A stretch of 64,000 nt of DNA from Selaginella moellendorffii. Its lineage: Eukaryota; Plantae; Lycopodiophyta. Of this stretch, positions 12,575 to 23,664 are shown piece after piece; the first letter of the stretch is position 1; each line of letters starts with the position of its first letter. The stretch spans positions 1,242,165 through 1,306,164 of the forward strand of contig NW_003314263.1 in the NCBI RefSeq assembly GCF_000143415.4, in the 5' to 3' direction. The translations under genes were made by a program, and so were the position numbers. The notes under the pieces are model-generated. The model searched no databases. It was not told where the DNA came from and worked only from the letters and a program-made list of their open reading frames with translations.

Positions 12575-14095
12575 TTATCCATCATCCGTTTTCACAGAGG
12601 TAGCACGTCTCCTACGCGCCTCCAGTGCTCTAGCAAGCTTCTCGTCCCCGGTGGCTGCGTGGATATTTGCCAGAACGACGTACGGCGAAGACGTCTCTGG
12701 ATTGAGCTCCGAGGCCTTCTCAGCAGCCAGGATACCTCTCTCGGCATCCAGATGCGTCTCGCAGGCACTGAGCAGCGTCATCCAGGCAACATAATCAGCG
12801 ATGAAAGGCATTGACTCGATAAGTTCCTGGGCCTGGGCCAGCCGCCCCGCTCGCCCCAGTACGTGAGCCATTCCGATATAGTGATCCAGCAGCGGTGCGA
12901 TGCTGTAGTCGCCAACCATGGAGGCGAAGAACGAGCAAGCGTCCTCGACCAGTCCAGCGTAAGCCGCTCCAGCCAGAACGTTGATGTACGTGATCTCGTT
13001 TGGTTCCAGGCCTTGAAGCTCCATCTCTTGGAAGAGCTCCAGCGCTTGGTCCCGGAGGCCGTTGTGAGCATAGGCGGTGATGATGGCCGTCCAGAGGACC
13101 AAGTCCCGGCAAGAGATGCGATCAAACAGGCCCCGAGCTTCGTCCACGCAGCCGGATCTTCCATGCAAGTTGACGAGCGCAGTGACCACCATAAGATCCG
13201 ATCGATGAGGGGTGTCCTGGACGATGCTATCGACGAGCTTGGCCAGGGATGGAGTCGGGGACGCCGCACAGGCATCGGCTAGAGCGATCAAAGTTACGGC
13301 GTTGGGTTGGATCCCGTCCAGGTCCATGAGCTGGAAGAGACGAAGAGCTTGCTTCGAATGCGAGCTCCGGCCGTAAGCTCCAATCATGGTGGTCCAGGTG
13401 ACGACGTTCTTAAGCGGCATTCGATCGAACATCTCCCGGGCTTCTGACAAGCGGTCGTTTTTCACGTAGGCCAGGATCATGGTCGTCCAGGAGACGACGT
13501 TCTTGTTTGGTATCCGGACGAAGAAATCTCTCGCTTCGTCAAGATGCCCCCTCTCGGCAAATGCGGCGAGCATGGCTGTCCAGGAGACTACATTCTTATC
13601 GGGCATGGCCTCGAAAAGGTGGCGGGCTTTGCAGACTTCCCCGAGTTCTGCGTAGGCGGAGATTAACGCGTTCCAGGAGACCTGGTTCTTCTTGGGCATT
13701 TGGTGGAAGAGTTTCTCGGCGAGAACAAGATGCCCGTTCTGGGCATATGCAGTGAGCATGGTGTTCCACGAGACAACGTTGCGCTGCGGCATTGTTTCAA
13801 AGATCTCCCGCGCTTGCTCGAGCTGGCCGTTGATGGCGTAGGCAGCGGCCATGATGTTCCAGGTGAAGATGTTGCGGTGGCGGAGGGAGTCAAACACCGC
13901 GCGAGCGTCGCCCAGGCTGCCGCATTTGCCGTACATGTCGATGGCAAGGTTGGCGAGGAACCTGTTCGTGGGCTGGCCGGAGGCGATGATCTGAGCGTGG
14001 ATCCGGCGGCCCTGCGACAGATCTCGTGATTCGGCGCAGGACCGCAGCTTTTCCGCGAACCAATCTTGATCGTAGCATAGTTCCAAAGATGGCAT
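12575..14095 (-). CDS. Pentatricopeptide repeat protein (PLS-class, E-like tail, no DYW)
   Basis: Intronless 506-aa ORF with DMYGKCGSLGDARAVFD, repeated NVVSWTAM units, and MPFIADYVAWMTLLSAC...SPYVVLANI. Confidence 0.92.
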   Translation of the reverse strand: MPSLELCYDQDWFAEKLRSCAESRDLSQGRRIHAQIIASGQPTNRFLANLAIDMYGKCGSLGDARAVFDSLRHRNIFTWNIMAAAYAINGQLEQAREIFETMPQRNVVSWNTMLTAYAQNGHLVLAEKLFHQMPKKNQVSWNALISAYAELGEVCKARHLFEAMPDKNVVSWTAMLAAFAERGHLDEARDFFVRIPNKNVVSWTTMILAYVKNDRLSEAREMFDRMPLKNVVTWTTMIGAYGRSSHSKQALRLFQLMDLDGIQPNAVTLIALADACAASPTPSLAKLVDSIVQDTPHRSDLMVVTALVNLHGRSGCVDEARGLFDRISCRDLVLWTAIITAYAHNGLRDQALELFQEMELQGLEPNEITYINVLAGAAYAGLVEDACSFFASMVGDYSIAPLLDHYIGMAHVLGRAGRLAQAQELIESMPFIADYVAWMTLLSACETHLDAERGILAAEKASELNPETSSPYVVLANIHAATGDEKLARALEARRRRATSVKTDDG

Positions 14096-16293
14096 CGCGT
14101 CAACTTCATCGTACGGTCCCTCGTTTTACTTGCATGATCTTATGCCTTGCGTACTTGACCCGAACGTTTTTGTACCGATCGAGGTAGATCGAGGTAGGCC
14201 TAGAATCTGGAAACATTGCGTGTGGCCATTCTTATGTGGTGTCACCCTCTATCTAGCCGCGGTATAGACCCCTATTTCTTTCCGTACGGCTTTGCGAGCT
14301 TGAGAAAGTTGACAGGGTTTTTGCTTGACGAAGAGGTGTTAACTCCATCTTGGATCTTCTTTTTTTTCAAACTCCATCTCTTATCTTCTTGGACGACTTG
14401 ATTGGCTTCACCGAAAGCATGAAGGTCATGAAACTCACACCAGTCATGATAATCAAGCGCCATCTTTTCTACGTGATCGATCGATCGATCGATCTGGTTT
14501 TAAACTATTCCGTGTGTGTGAGAGAGAGCGGGGGGGAGACTTGTTCTTGGAGAAAAAAAGAGTATTAAATAAACTATAAAATAAAATAAGATAAAATAAA
14601 ATCTTGCAGGAGTATATTGGAGGCCCACCTTTGAAGAATTCCAAGAACTCGTTCGATCAACAATGCAAACTCCCTTATCGATTCCAGCAGTACACTCAAT
14701 CACTCTTGTTGCTTGCTCCCTAGAACTGGGAATCTTCAAGACAAGCTTGTAGCCTGTCTAGAGCTTGTCTAGTCGAATGACTTCCAAGGTTTCATCTTTG
14801 TGCACGAAGTCTCGAGCAACCGTGTGCCCTGGAACTTCTCAAAACAAAAAAGGACAAACGCTCTTTTCAACTCGGCCATGGAATGGATCAAGCACTCATC
14901 CTCAAAATTCTCATATCTTTAGAATGCTTCCCGGAAATCTCTTTTTTAGAATGGTTCCAGCTGAAAGGTGGTGTAAGCATGATCTATACCCCCAAATCTT
15001 TCGGTGTATCCATACCTCTCGTTTCTTTCCTGGAAAGAGATTCCTCGGCGTGTTTGCTCATCTCATCGTCCAGATCCCAAAATCCTTCTTCTTCCACTCT
15101 TTTCTCTCGTCTCCATTTGTGTGTTGTTTGTTTCCATGTGAGATGCTCGCGTATGTTTCGCTAACGCGCAACCAAAGCTCCACCATGTGAGAGGAACCTT
15201 GTAAAGTCCATAGATTATTTCGTCCCAGTCGTGCATTCGCCACACCCTGGAAGCATCAGCATCACACTGGCTTCGCTTGGCCTCCATCTCCAAAGGTCAA
15301 CTCCCAAGTAAAAATCACGCCCATGTCCACTGTCCAACCTTTCTTCCCTGGTTATTTTTTTTCCACTCCTTCCCTCCTGCGGCCATAAACCAATTTACAA
15401 GTCACTCCCAAAGCGAAAGAGAGAAATACTAAACAAATACCACATCGCTGGGATGCGTGCTAAGAAATATACAACATAAATACCTTAACGATGTGGAGCA
15501 AATGCGTAGTGGCAGCCTATCCTCCTCATTGTCAACCCATCTCCAAGTTTTCTTCACTTTCTTAATTCCCAGTAAAGAATATTTTTCTTCTTCTCCTCCT
15601 TCTCTCCGGTTTTTCCATCTTCGCTGTGCCTGTCCGCAGAGAGGAGCCAAGAGGGTCAACTAGAACAGCTTGGCAGTGCTTTACTTCTTGTGTACTTTGC
15701 TTCCTCACGCACACTTCCCCACCGGCGCTGCCGACTCCGATGAGCCAGTGTCTGGATATCTAGCTCCAGGAGCGAGAAAGCGAGAGAGTTCTCTCGAGCG
15801 GCGCTGCTGCTAGATCGCCGCTCCTCGTATATATTCCTCCCCCCCCCCCCCCCCACCTGCCCGCAAATACTTCATCCAGTTCTAGTTTTCCCATCTCTTC
15901 GCTGTAAGAGCCTCGAAGCTTGGGAAGCAGGAAGATCGAAAGCGCCTCTCTTACCTGAAAAGGATATATTGATGATCTTTACCTCGGCAAGGATCCGGAG
16001 CGGGATTGGTAAAACAGATGAAGCTCCACCGGGACAGGAATGCACTGCACTGCAAGGCACAGTCTCCGCGAAGAATTCGTCAAGCACTGTAGTAAAGGGG
16101 AGCATCAGTTACAAAGAATTGATAAAGGTACTTACTTCCTTCTCACATGTTCATTCTCCCTCCCAGCAGGAACTTACGAAGCGATTGATTGCGAAGTGCT
16201 TCAAAAGAAATTCTCCAAATTTCGTGTTTTTCTCACCACCGGCGCCTCTCTGGATGTGCAGGGACTGTGATCGCAAAGAGGGCCCATGTCTGG

Positions 16294-17417
16294 ATGTCAA
16301 AAGAGTGGTAAGTCGCTCGATCCAGCAGCGTAGCTCTTCCTTTTCTCGTTGCAAAGCGGAGGAGAGAGAACAAACTTTGCAAGAGTAGCCTTACAGCTTT
16401 CCTCTCCCCAAGTTCTCTCCAAGTTCTTCTTTTGCTGCGAGATCCTGAGAGATCCCGAGAGAAGTTAGAGAACAGGAGAGAGAAAGCAGCTTTACCCGAG
16501 AGATGGTGATCTAAACTGCCGTGCTCCAGGGAGAACATCAGCAACGTCGGAGGAAGAGATCCCCAGCGCCAAAAGCCGAGACTGCAAGAGTTACAGCGCT
16601 ATCACCACCACGGCAGTACTAGCAGCCAGCAGCAGGATATCGGTCGAGGCAGGAGTAGCATGCTGGGGTCGCAGGGCCCTCTAAACACGATCACGCCCTG
16701 TGCTGCATGTAAGCTTCTCCGCCGGAGGTGCGCTCAAGAGTGTCCCTTTGCACCATACTTCTCGCCACACGAGCCTCAAAAGTTTGCCGCCGTCCACAAA
16801 GTTTTCGGCGCCAGCAACGTCTCCAAGATGCTCTCGGTACGTGATCAATCATCCCTCTTCTCTTCCCGTGGCAATCCGAGCACCACTATTCCATTGTCTT
16901 TCTAAGTGGTACTCTTTTCTCTTTCGGAGTGTGCTTTCTGAGATGCGTCTTGTCGTTTTGATGGTTGCTAGATTGCTGAAAAGACAGACTGTGGGGACAA
17001 AAAGGAGCTCAGAGTTAGATGATGCCTGCTAACATAAGTTACACTAAAAGTTCCAAGTTCTAACCTTTGATGAGCTTGTCACTGGTGTGGTTCTTGCAGG
17101 AAGTTCCAGAGGCCCAGCGATCGGACGTTGCCAACAGCCTGGTGTACGAGGCAAACGCTCGGATCAGAGACCCAGTGTATGGCTGCACGGGGACGATATC
17201 TGCACTGCAGCAGCAAGCTCAGTCACTCCAAGCGGAAGTTAATGCCATGAGAGAACAGATTATGAGATACCAGGTGCACGAAAACGCCGTAGCCGCGGTC
17301 ACCTTGGTCACTACCGGGCTTCCCACACGGACAAACCCCGGAAGCTCGTCGGCAGACTATGTCGTAGGAACGAGCGGCAGTGTGGACAATCCTGACGTCA
17401 AGGAACGCTACTGGTGA
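16294..17417 (+). CDS. LOB-domain transcription factor, class I, LBD13/LBD15-like
   Basis: [23 protein letters not shown] (CX2CX6CX3C), [27 protein letters not shown] and a leucine-zipper-like segment. Predicted exons 16294-16307 (micro-exon), 16530-16836, 17100-17417. Confidence 0.88.
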
Positions 17418-18351
17418 GACAAGCCCATGAACAACAAGAACAAAGCCACAGAGACACAGATCAGAGTAAATTTTCTTCCTTTAAGATGCTCGATTTTTTT
17501 GTATATCAGGAAAAATAAGGCCTTTCTCACTTTCTCCCGAGGGAGACTCTCCATAAAATGCAAGAAGACATTAAGAGGATCAACAAGAAACCAGGCAAAA
17601 GTGCAAACGAGAGAGAAAGGAGAAAGGCATCGTTTGTTTCACTTCACACGACTTTGCTGCTTATTAAAATCCGGAAGAGAGAGAGAGAGAGAGAGAGAGC
17701 GTAGCTCACCTTTTTAAAGCTTGATGCGCCTGGCCATGATCCGGCACGCAGTCATCTGTGCATCAAATGTCCTCGTCAGGAACTCTTAAAGAAGTACAGC
17801 GAAAGCAAAGAAAACACTTAAAGAAATATAACTATACCCACCAATGCGTCCACGAGCACTGTAGCTGAAGGCGCGCGTTTGTCACACTTTGACCTGTTGA
17901 TAGCTGCACCAGTGATGAAGAATTAAACAACACATAAACACGTCATATAACCACGATCATCAGCATAAACAAAGCAAGCAAACAAAAAAAAAAACGATAG
18001 ACAAAACATAGTTTACTTCTTTCTTATCAAAGAAAGGCTCGCGAGAAGTTTCTCCATGAGAAACTCTTAACACCATCCTGTCAACACTATCAAGCCATAA
18101 GTAAAGAAAGAAAAACGACGCTCTCCCGCAAAGACCCAAGAAAAAAACGAGAGAAAAAAAAAACGAGGTATAGTACGAAGCTACAAAATAAAAAAAATAG
18201 TAGAAAGGAAAACTTTCGAGCTCCCTATACCAAAGAAGAAAGTATAGAACTTGGCTATGGAAGCTCCAATCCTCTTCTTCTTCCTCTTCCTCTAGCTCTC
18301 GCTCTCTCTCTCTTTTTTTTCACTCCCCTCTCCCCCCTCGATCGAGACTCT

Positions 18352-18963
18352 CTAAGTCTGAGCAGCGGAGTTTAAGATGCTGGACATGGTTCCCAGAACC
18401 ATGAAAGCCAGCAAGGGACTCAAGTCGAGCGCGTTAAACACTGGCGGGATGATGTTGCGGAAGAGATTGAGGTATGGATCACACATATCCCTGATCGCCA
18501 TGAAGGGCTGCTTCTCCCAAGGGATGTTTGGAAACCAGCTGAGTAGCACCCGGATCATCATCACCGCGCTGTAGAGCTCCAGCCACTTGGCCATGCCCGA
18601 CGCCACCACTGTGAGTGGCGTAGAGACTGTGGACATGGACGCGAAGAAGAGAGGGCCGCCCTTGGTCGCCAAAAAGAATGGCACCGCCGCCGCGTTACTG
18701 CTGCTAATGGCGCTGCTGCTGCTGGCGGCGAGGCTTTGGAGAGCCGAGCTGGTGGCGTGAGCCATGGATTTGAGGAGCACTGGCAAGAATGCGAGCGGTG
18801 TCGGTGGAGGAGCTGTGTGGAGGAGCGATGATGCTGCCGCTGCCGCTGCCGCTGGAGAGAGTGCCGCTGGGATTATGTGTGGCCGGCGCCTGTTCCATTG
18901 GAGCTGTGGAGGGACTGGGGAGGCTACCTGGATGCGGAGGGAGGATGCCGACGCCATCGCCAT
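18352..18963 (-). CDS. YGGT-family chloroplast protein, YLMG1-like
   Basis: Ala/Ser-rich transit peptide, then WLELYSAVMMIRVLLSWFPNIPWEKQPFMAIRDMCDPYLNLFRNIIPPVFNALDLSPLLAF. Start placed at MAMASASS. Confidence 0.88.
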   Translation of the reverse strand: MAMASASSLRIQVASPVPPQLQWNRRRPHIIPAALSPAAAAAAASSLLHTAPPPTPLAFLPVLLKSMAHATSSALQSLAASSSSAISSSNAAAVPFFLATKGGPLFFASMSTVSTPLTVVASGMAKWLELYSAVMMIRVLLSWFPNIPWEKQPFMAIRDMCDPYLNLFRNIIPPVFNALDLSPLLAFMVLGTMSSILNSAAQT

Positions 18964-19416
18964 TGCTTTTGACCTAATCGAATATGCTTCGAAAATGGGC
19001 AATTTAAATTTTAAGGCATAAAGACACTAAGACATTTTGATAAATAAAAAATTTGAAGATATTCTTAAAACATGAATCCACTTTTTCTTTTATTTTTTAT
19101 TTTCTATTTTGTTTTGTCGGGCAAAATAAAGCAAGAAGTCATATGGTTGATGCTAAAGATGGGATGTCTCTTTGGGTATCTTGTGCCACGTTTATTGGGC
19201 TGTGGATGTTTTAGTTTTGATTATTTGCTTTAGGATAACTAAGTCTTCGTTTGCATGCAAACTATGTGCCTCGGAAAGAAATAAACACCAATACCTATCA
19301 AATATCCTTGAACTTTGTTAATGTCCCCTTAAGTTGGCTTTCATCTTTTAGCATAGAAATTCAGAAATTTTAAAATCCATGGCTCCCTTTAAAACCAAAG
19401 GAATGGAATCACTTAC

Positions 19417-19587
19417 AAACTTTGCAGCGGCAGCAGCGCAATCGCTCGGGTTCTGGAAGCTCTGCCAGGCGGAGCCAGCATACTTTACCACCAAGTTGCA
19501 TTTCTAGCCTGGACTCTCCGCTTGGTCATCTCTGTAGAGCGCCAAGTTTCCCTCTGCGGTCAAGCTGAGCATACCACGGCATACAAC
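19417..19587 (-). pseudogene. Degenerate bulb-type (G-type) lectin-like exon
   Basis: AG/GT-bounded 171-nt segment translating LSLTAEGNLALY...*KCNLVVKYAGSAWQSFQNPSD. This resembles the DGNL.L and GNLV..WQSFD.PTD motifs of B-lectin domains and has an internal stop. Confidence 0.45.
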
Positions 19588-19960
19588 CTGCGCGCTCTGG
19601 TCCTGGGAGAGAGTGCTTGAGACAGTGCTTGCAGGTGGCTACCGAGAGGACAATGCCCGAGGAGGAGCAGTCGAGTATCCATGTCGAGTTGAGGGGTGTT
19701 GCGTCTAGATTCTGCGTGGAGTGGAGCTGAAAAGTTTGCTGAGCAGATACTTCACCAACGCGTTTGGCTTGAGGAGCTCGCTAGCTGTCAAAGACATCAG
19801 TACTGTTGCTAACCTTGTCGAAAAAATAGTTTAGGAACGAAACGTAAGTTCCAGTTCCTCGTAGAAACAAGCTGGCGACGTGAGACAGAGATTTAACTTT
19901 TATGTTACCTGAAGATCTCGTGAAGTTTCCTGGTTCCTAGTTACCAAGGGGAACACAAAG

Positions 19961-21606
19961 CTACAAAGGAAAGTACCTCCCCAAAGCTTGCAGAAGCCTG
20001 GCGCGGTAGTTGCGTGGATGGATGATACAGTGTTCAAGAACACGCTTCCTGATGTCCTCCTCCGTCATGACGCATCCAAGGAGCTCCCGAATCCAATCCA
20101 TCACAAGACCTCGGATGATCCGAAAGTTGATTCGAATGTGTCTGTAGGCATTCCTCCGAGAAAACGTGGTAAGGTAGTCGATTACGGAAACAAAGATGTG
20201 CTCCTCATCGGTCTGGAAGACTAGAACCGAATAATCCGTGAGGCCCTGTCTCTGCAAAAAAAAAACAAGCAAAACAAGCAAAACAGTCGTAAATGAATCA
20301 AGCAAGGATGTTTTCCAGCTTACCTGGAGGAAGTGCGTGTCCCGCTCAATCAAACAAAACAGCATGCGGTGAGAGAAACTTGTCAGCAGCAAAGGCGTTG
20401 TGAAATAGGCATCGCTCTCTGGAACACTGTACTTGATGAACCCCTTGAGATCATGGTGTATCGTTGTGGCTTGAAGAAAGCTCCTGGGAGGATCTGTGGC
20501 CTCAATGACAAGGACGTTCAAACGTTCGCTCTCGCTGAAGGTCATCGGTGCGGGCCAGATCTATGACACGAAAAGCAATATGAGAAGTGCTTTCGAACTT
20601 TTTCAAGTGTTTATACCTCGTAAGCGCCCAGTATTATCGCGAACGATGTCTCCAGCTGCTGGGTGTACAGGAAGTAATCTTCTGCTATTCGTCGCAGCGC
20701 ACTCATATCACGGTGAGAAACCAGCTTCACGATGACTCGCTCGCTGGCAGTGGTGAAAAACTTCGCTCCACTCCTAGAGCTGGCCATCGTCCTCGGGCGT
20801 GCGGTGTTCAACGTTTCAACAAACTCCTTGTCATCCTTGAAGCCATGAACTTCCCGTAGAGTGCGAAACTGTGTGGGAAAGAGAACGTTGACGAATCCAT
20901 CGATGCCCCCGAACGAGTACTCTGGCTTGTCCCCAGGAACTTGGTGCGTAAGGTACTTCGTGAGAACGGGAAGCCACTGCGGTGGGGGAGTCTGAAAACG
21001 AAAGTTTACGTGAGCAGTGAGCAGTGAGTGAAGTTCCAAATCAAACCAAATGTACGCTGGTAGAGTTCTCGTTCACGATATTCTTCTGAAGGCGCTTCAT
21101 CGCGCGGATCTGTTTGGGGAACACAGCCGTGACGTTGCCACTGCAATCAGCATAGAAACGAATCCGCATAGGATCGGCATAAGAAATCACGGGAAAGCTT
21201 GCAATCTCGACGAGTTAAATCTCGAGAATCCGCGTTAGGACCGGGATAAGAAGCAAGAAACCACTGGAAAGCTTGCAATCGGGATAAGAAGCAAGAAGTC
21301 TGTGGAGAAACAAAGTAGAAACCATGAATCGGGACAGCTCGGGGTCTAGGAAACGAGAAAGCACTAGAAAGCTTGCAATCGGGACAGGAAACACGAAATC
21401 TCTGGAGAGACAAGCGTCGAGAATGCATAATCACCATGAATCGAGAGAGAATCGGCAAGAAAGCTTGCATACCTCGCCCGAGACGATGGATCATGACAGT
21501 ATCGCGTAGGCTCCCTGGCCATTGCCGCGTCGAATGCGACGCTGAGCAAGAATGGCGCAATCGCGACGCAGACGATCGCCATCGCGCAAACCATCGCCAG
21601 CGCCAT
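19961..21606 (-). CDS. Minimal FAB1/PIKfyve-like phosphatidylinositol-phosphate kinase domain protein with N-terminal hydrophobic signal, copy A (~373 aa)
   Basis: Predicted exons 21606-21473, 21140-21056, 20991-20617, 20560-20324, 20251-19961 (GT-AG, phases compatible). PIPK motifs in order: FPTQFRTLRE, SSRSGAKFF..SERVIVK, DLKG, DTHFL...TDYSVLV, VIDYL, IIHP.NYRARL...YF. Confidence 0.72.
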
Positions 21607-21748
21607 CGCTCCGCAACCAAGGCATGCAAAATAAAACCCAAATTTCAAACGATGGATGGTACAAGTTAGCGCCAAAACCCCAAACGTACGGAAATGGGCC
21701 AATGCTAAAATTAGTGGACGTTTTTAGGGTTCTTCGCGAGAGAGAGGG
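21607..21748. promoter_or_regulatory. Putative bidirectional promoter between the kinase-like and phosphatase-like genes
   Basis: Only 142 bp separate the divergent ATGs. Contains a site-II motif TGGGCC (21695-21700) and a telo-box-like TTAGGGTT. Confidence 0.5.
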
Positions 21749-23037
21749 ATGGATTCCAAGGTGCTACACCTTGTGCGCCATGGCCAGGCCTTCCACAACG
21801 TCCAAGGTGAGATTCTACTGCAAATGAGGAGCTCCTGGAAGATTTTCCTGGACGGGAGATGGCGGCGCCTCACGCTCAAGCACATCTTGAGGGCTTTTCG
21901 ATGCCTGTGGCTTCTCTTGTGCTGCATCGTTTCCCCAGCGCCTCCTCGTCCCTCCTCCTCCCCAGCTGCTGTGATGCCCATTTACTACGAGCACGCCGAC
22001 GCGAGCCTCACGGCTACTGGATGGGAACAAGTAAGTCCTTTCCTTTCCCTTTGCTCCATTCATTTGGTAAATGATCGATCGCTCTCCTTCAAGGCTGAGT
22101 TTCTTCACAGGGAATTCAGGATTTCCGGATTGAGAGACCGAGTGGAGCTTGTTGTGGTGTCGCCCTTGACTCGGTAGTGTGATTTCTCCTCTCGAGAACT
22201 CTTCTAAGTTTGCCTTCCAGGACGCTCCAAACTGCATCTGGGATCTTTGGAGGAGGGAATTTCACTGATACCACTGATCAACTAGCAGCTCCTCTGATGG
22301 TAGACAACGTTGGACGGTGTCCACGACCAGCCATCTCCAGTGCAAACTCCCCTCCTTTCGTAGCACTGGAGCTTTGCAGGGAGAAATTGGTATGTTGGCT
22401 CTCCCATATTTTTTCTCTCTGTCAATGTAGCTAGTTGACGCGAAGTTTTGATGAACAGGGTACCATGCCATGCGATCAGAGGAGTCCCAGGAGCAAATCC
22501 GAAATTCAGTTTCCAGGGATTGGCTTTTCGAACGTAAGGATCATTCGACTCGATCGAGTTGTGTGACTTGATCCAACTCTGTTTCTCTTCTCTATCAGAT
22601 CGAACAGGACCAGGACGAGCTGTGGAAGCCTGACAGAAGAGAACTAGAAGAGGAGCTCGACAAAAGGGCGAGAGCTTTTCTAGAATGGTACGTGGGCAGT
22701 CTGCGAAAGCTGTTGTAAGTTTCTGATCAAGCTTGCAGGCTATGGAGTCGTGGAGAGGAGGAGATTGCCGTCGTCTCCCACGCAGGCTTTCTGACCAACC
22801 TTGTGACAAAGTTTGGCAACGAAGCTGTGAACAAGACAGTGTAAGCGGCGTGTTTGGATGCTAGATTTGCTTGGTACTTACACTTGTGCGATTTAGGTTT
22901 GCGAACTGTGAGCTTCGTAGCGTGAGATTGAGGTGAGTCATCGTAGTTTTGTTCTCGAGACCTTAGATCTTGGCGTTTTTTTGCTCAGGAAAATAGTCAC
23001 GGGCTCGGACTATGCATTTGAGTTGACCGCAGCGTGA
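21749..23037 (+). CDS. Phosphoglycerate-mutase-like histidine phosphatase, copy A
   Basis: LHLVRHGQAFHN, DASLTATGWEQ, VVVSPLTRTLQTA, ELCREKLGTMPCDQR, EIAVVSHAGFL, FANCELRS. Multi-exon, frame intact to TGA 23035-23037. Confidence 0.85.
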
Positions 23038-23664
23038 ATCCATCCAAAGTGAGCCATGGATTCTAAAAGAAAATCTTCTTTTCCTAACTTTATATTGAGA
23101 ATCTAGCATCCTCGTCCCGCCAGGAAAATGCTCGGACTATGCATTTGAAGAGACTGCAGCGTGAATCCATCCAAAGCGAGCCATGGATTCTGAAAGAGTT
23201 CTTTTGCTAACTTCAAGCTAGAAGCTTGAAGTTATTATTCATGTAGTCAATCTTAAAACGTATCTATATTTAGCTAGGGCAAAGTTAATATAGCGGCAGA
23301 AAATAATTTAAAATAAATTTAAGGGAGGGGATATACCTTATCATGTAATAGGTAGAAAATAATTAAATAATTTACTATAACAACGATTGGTTTGTTTAAT
23401 AGTATTGTTATTCCTACTTATTAATCTAATTGATCAAATAAAAATTTATAATTATAAAGATGTTTATAATTTATAAACACAAGATTAAGATGGTAGAATA
23501 AAAAATAATATACTAGAAAGTATTTAAGAAATTTTATAAATTATAAACATAAATACAAGATTAATCTTAATAAATAACAACTGTTAGATGGTAAAATATC
23601 CTAGAATATTCAAGAATATTCTAGGTATATTCACTACCATCCCAAAAGCTCTGTTGGGCCAAGA

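Noticed and set aside
14200-15950. Short ORFs between the PPR and LBD genes
   Set aside because: No motifs or consistent exon chain. GA, GATC and poly-C tracts fit promoter/leader DNA.
20252-20323. In-frame 72-nt hydrophobic insert (TTVLLVLLVFFLQ) in kinase A/C as a transmembrane helix
   Set aside because: Has GT-AG ends and a T-rich tract and splits the DTHFLQ-RQGLTDYS motif. The equivalent intron in copy B has an in-frame stop, so it is best read as an ordinary intron.
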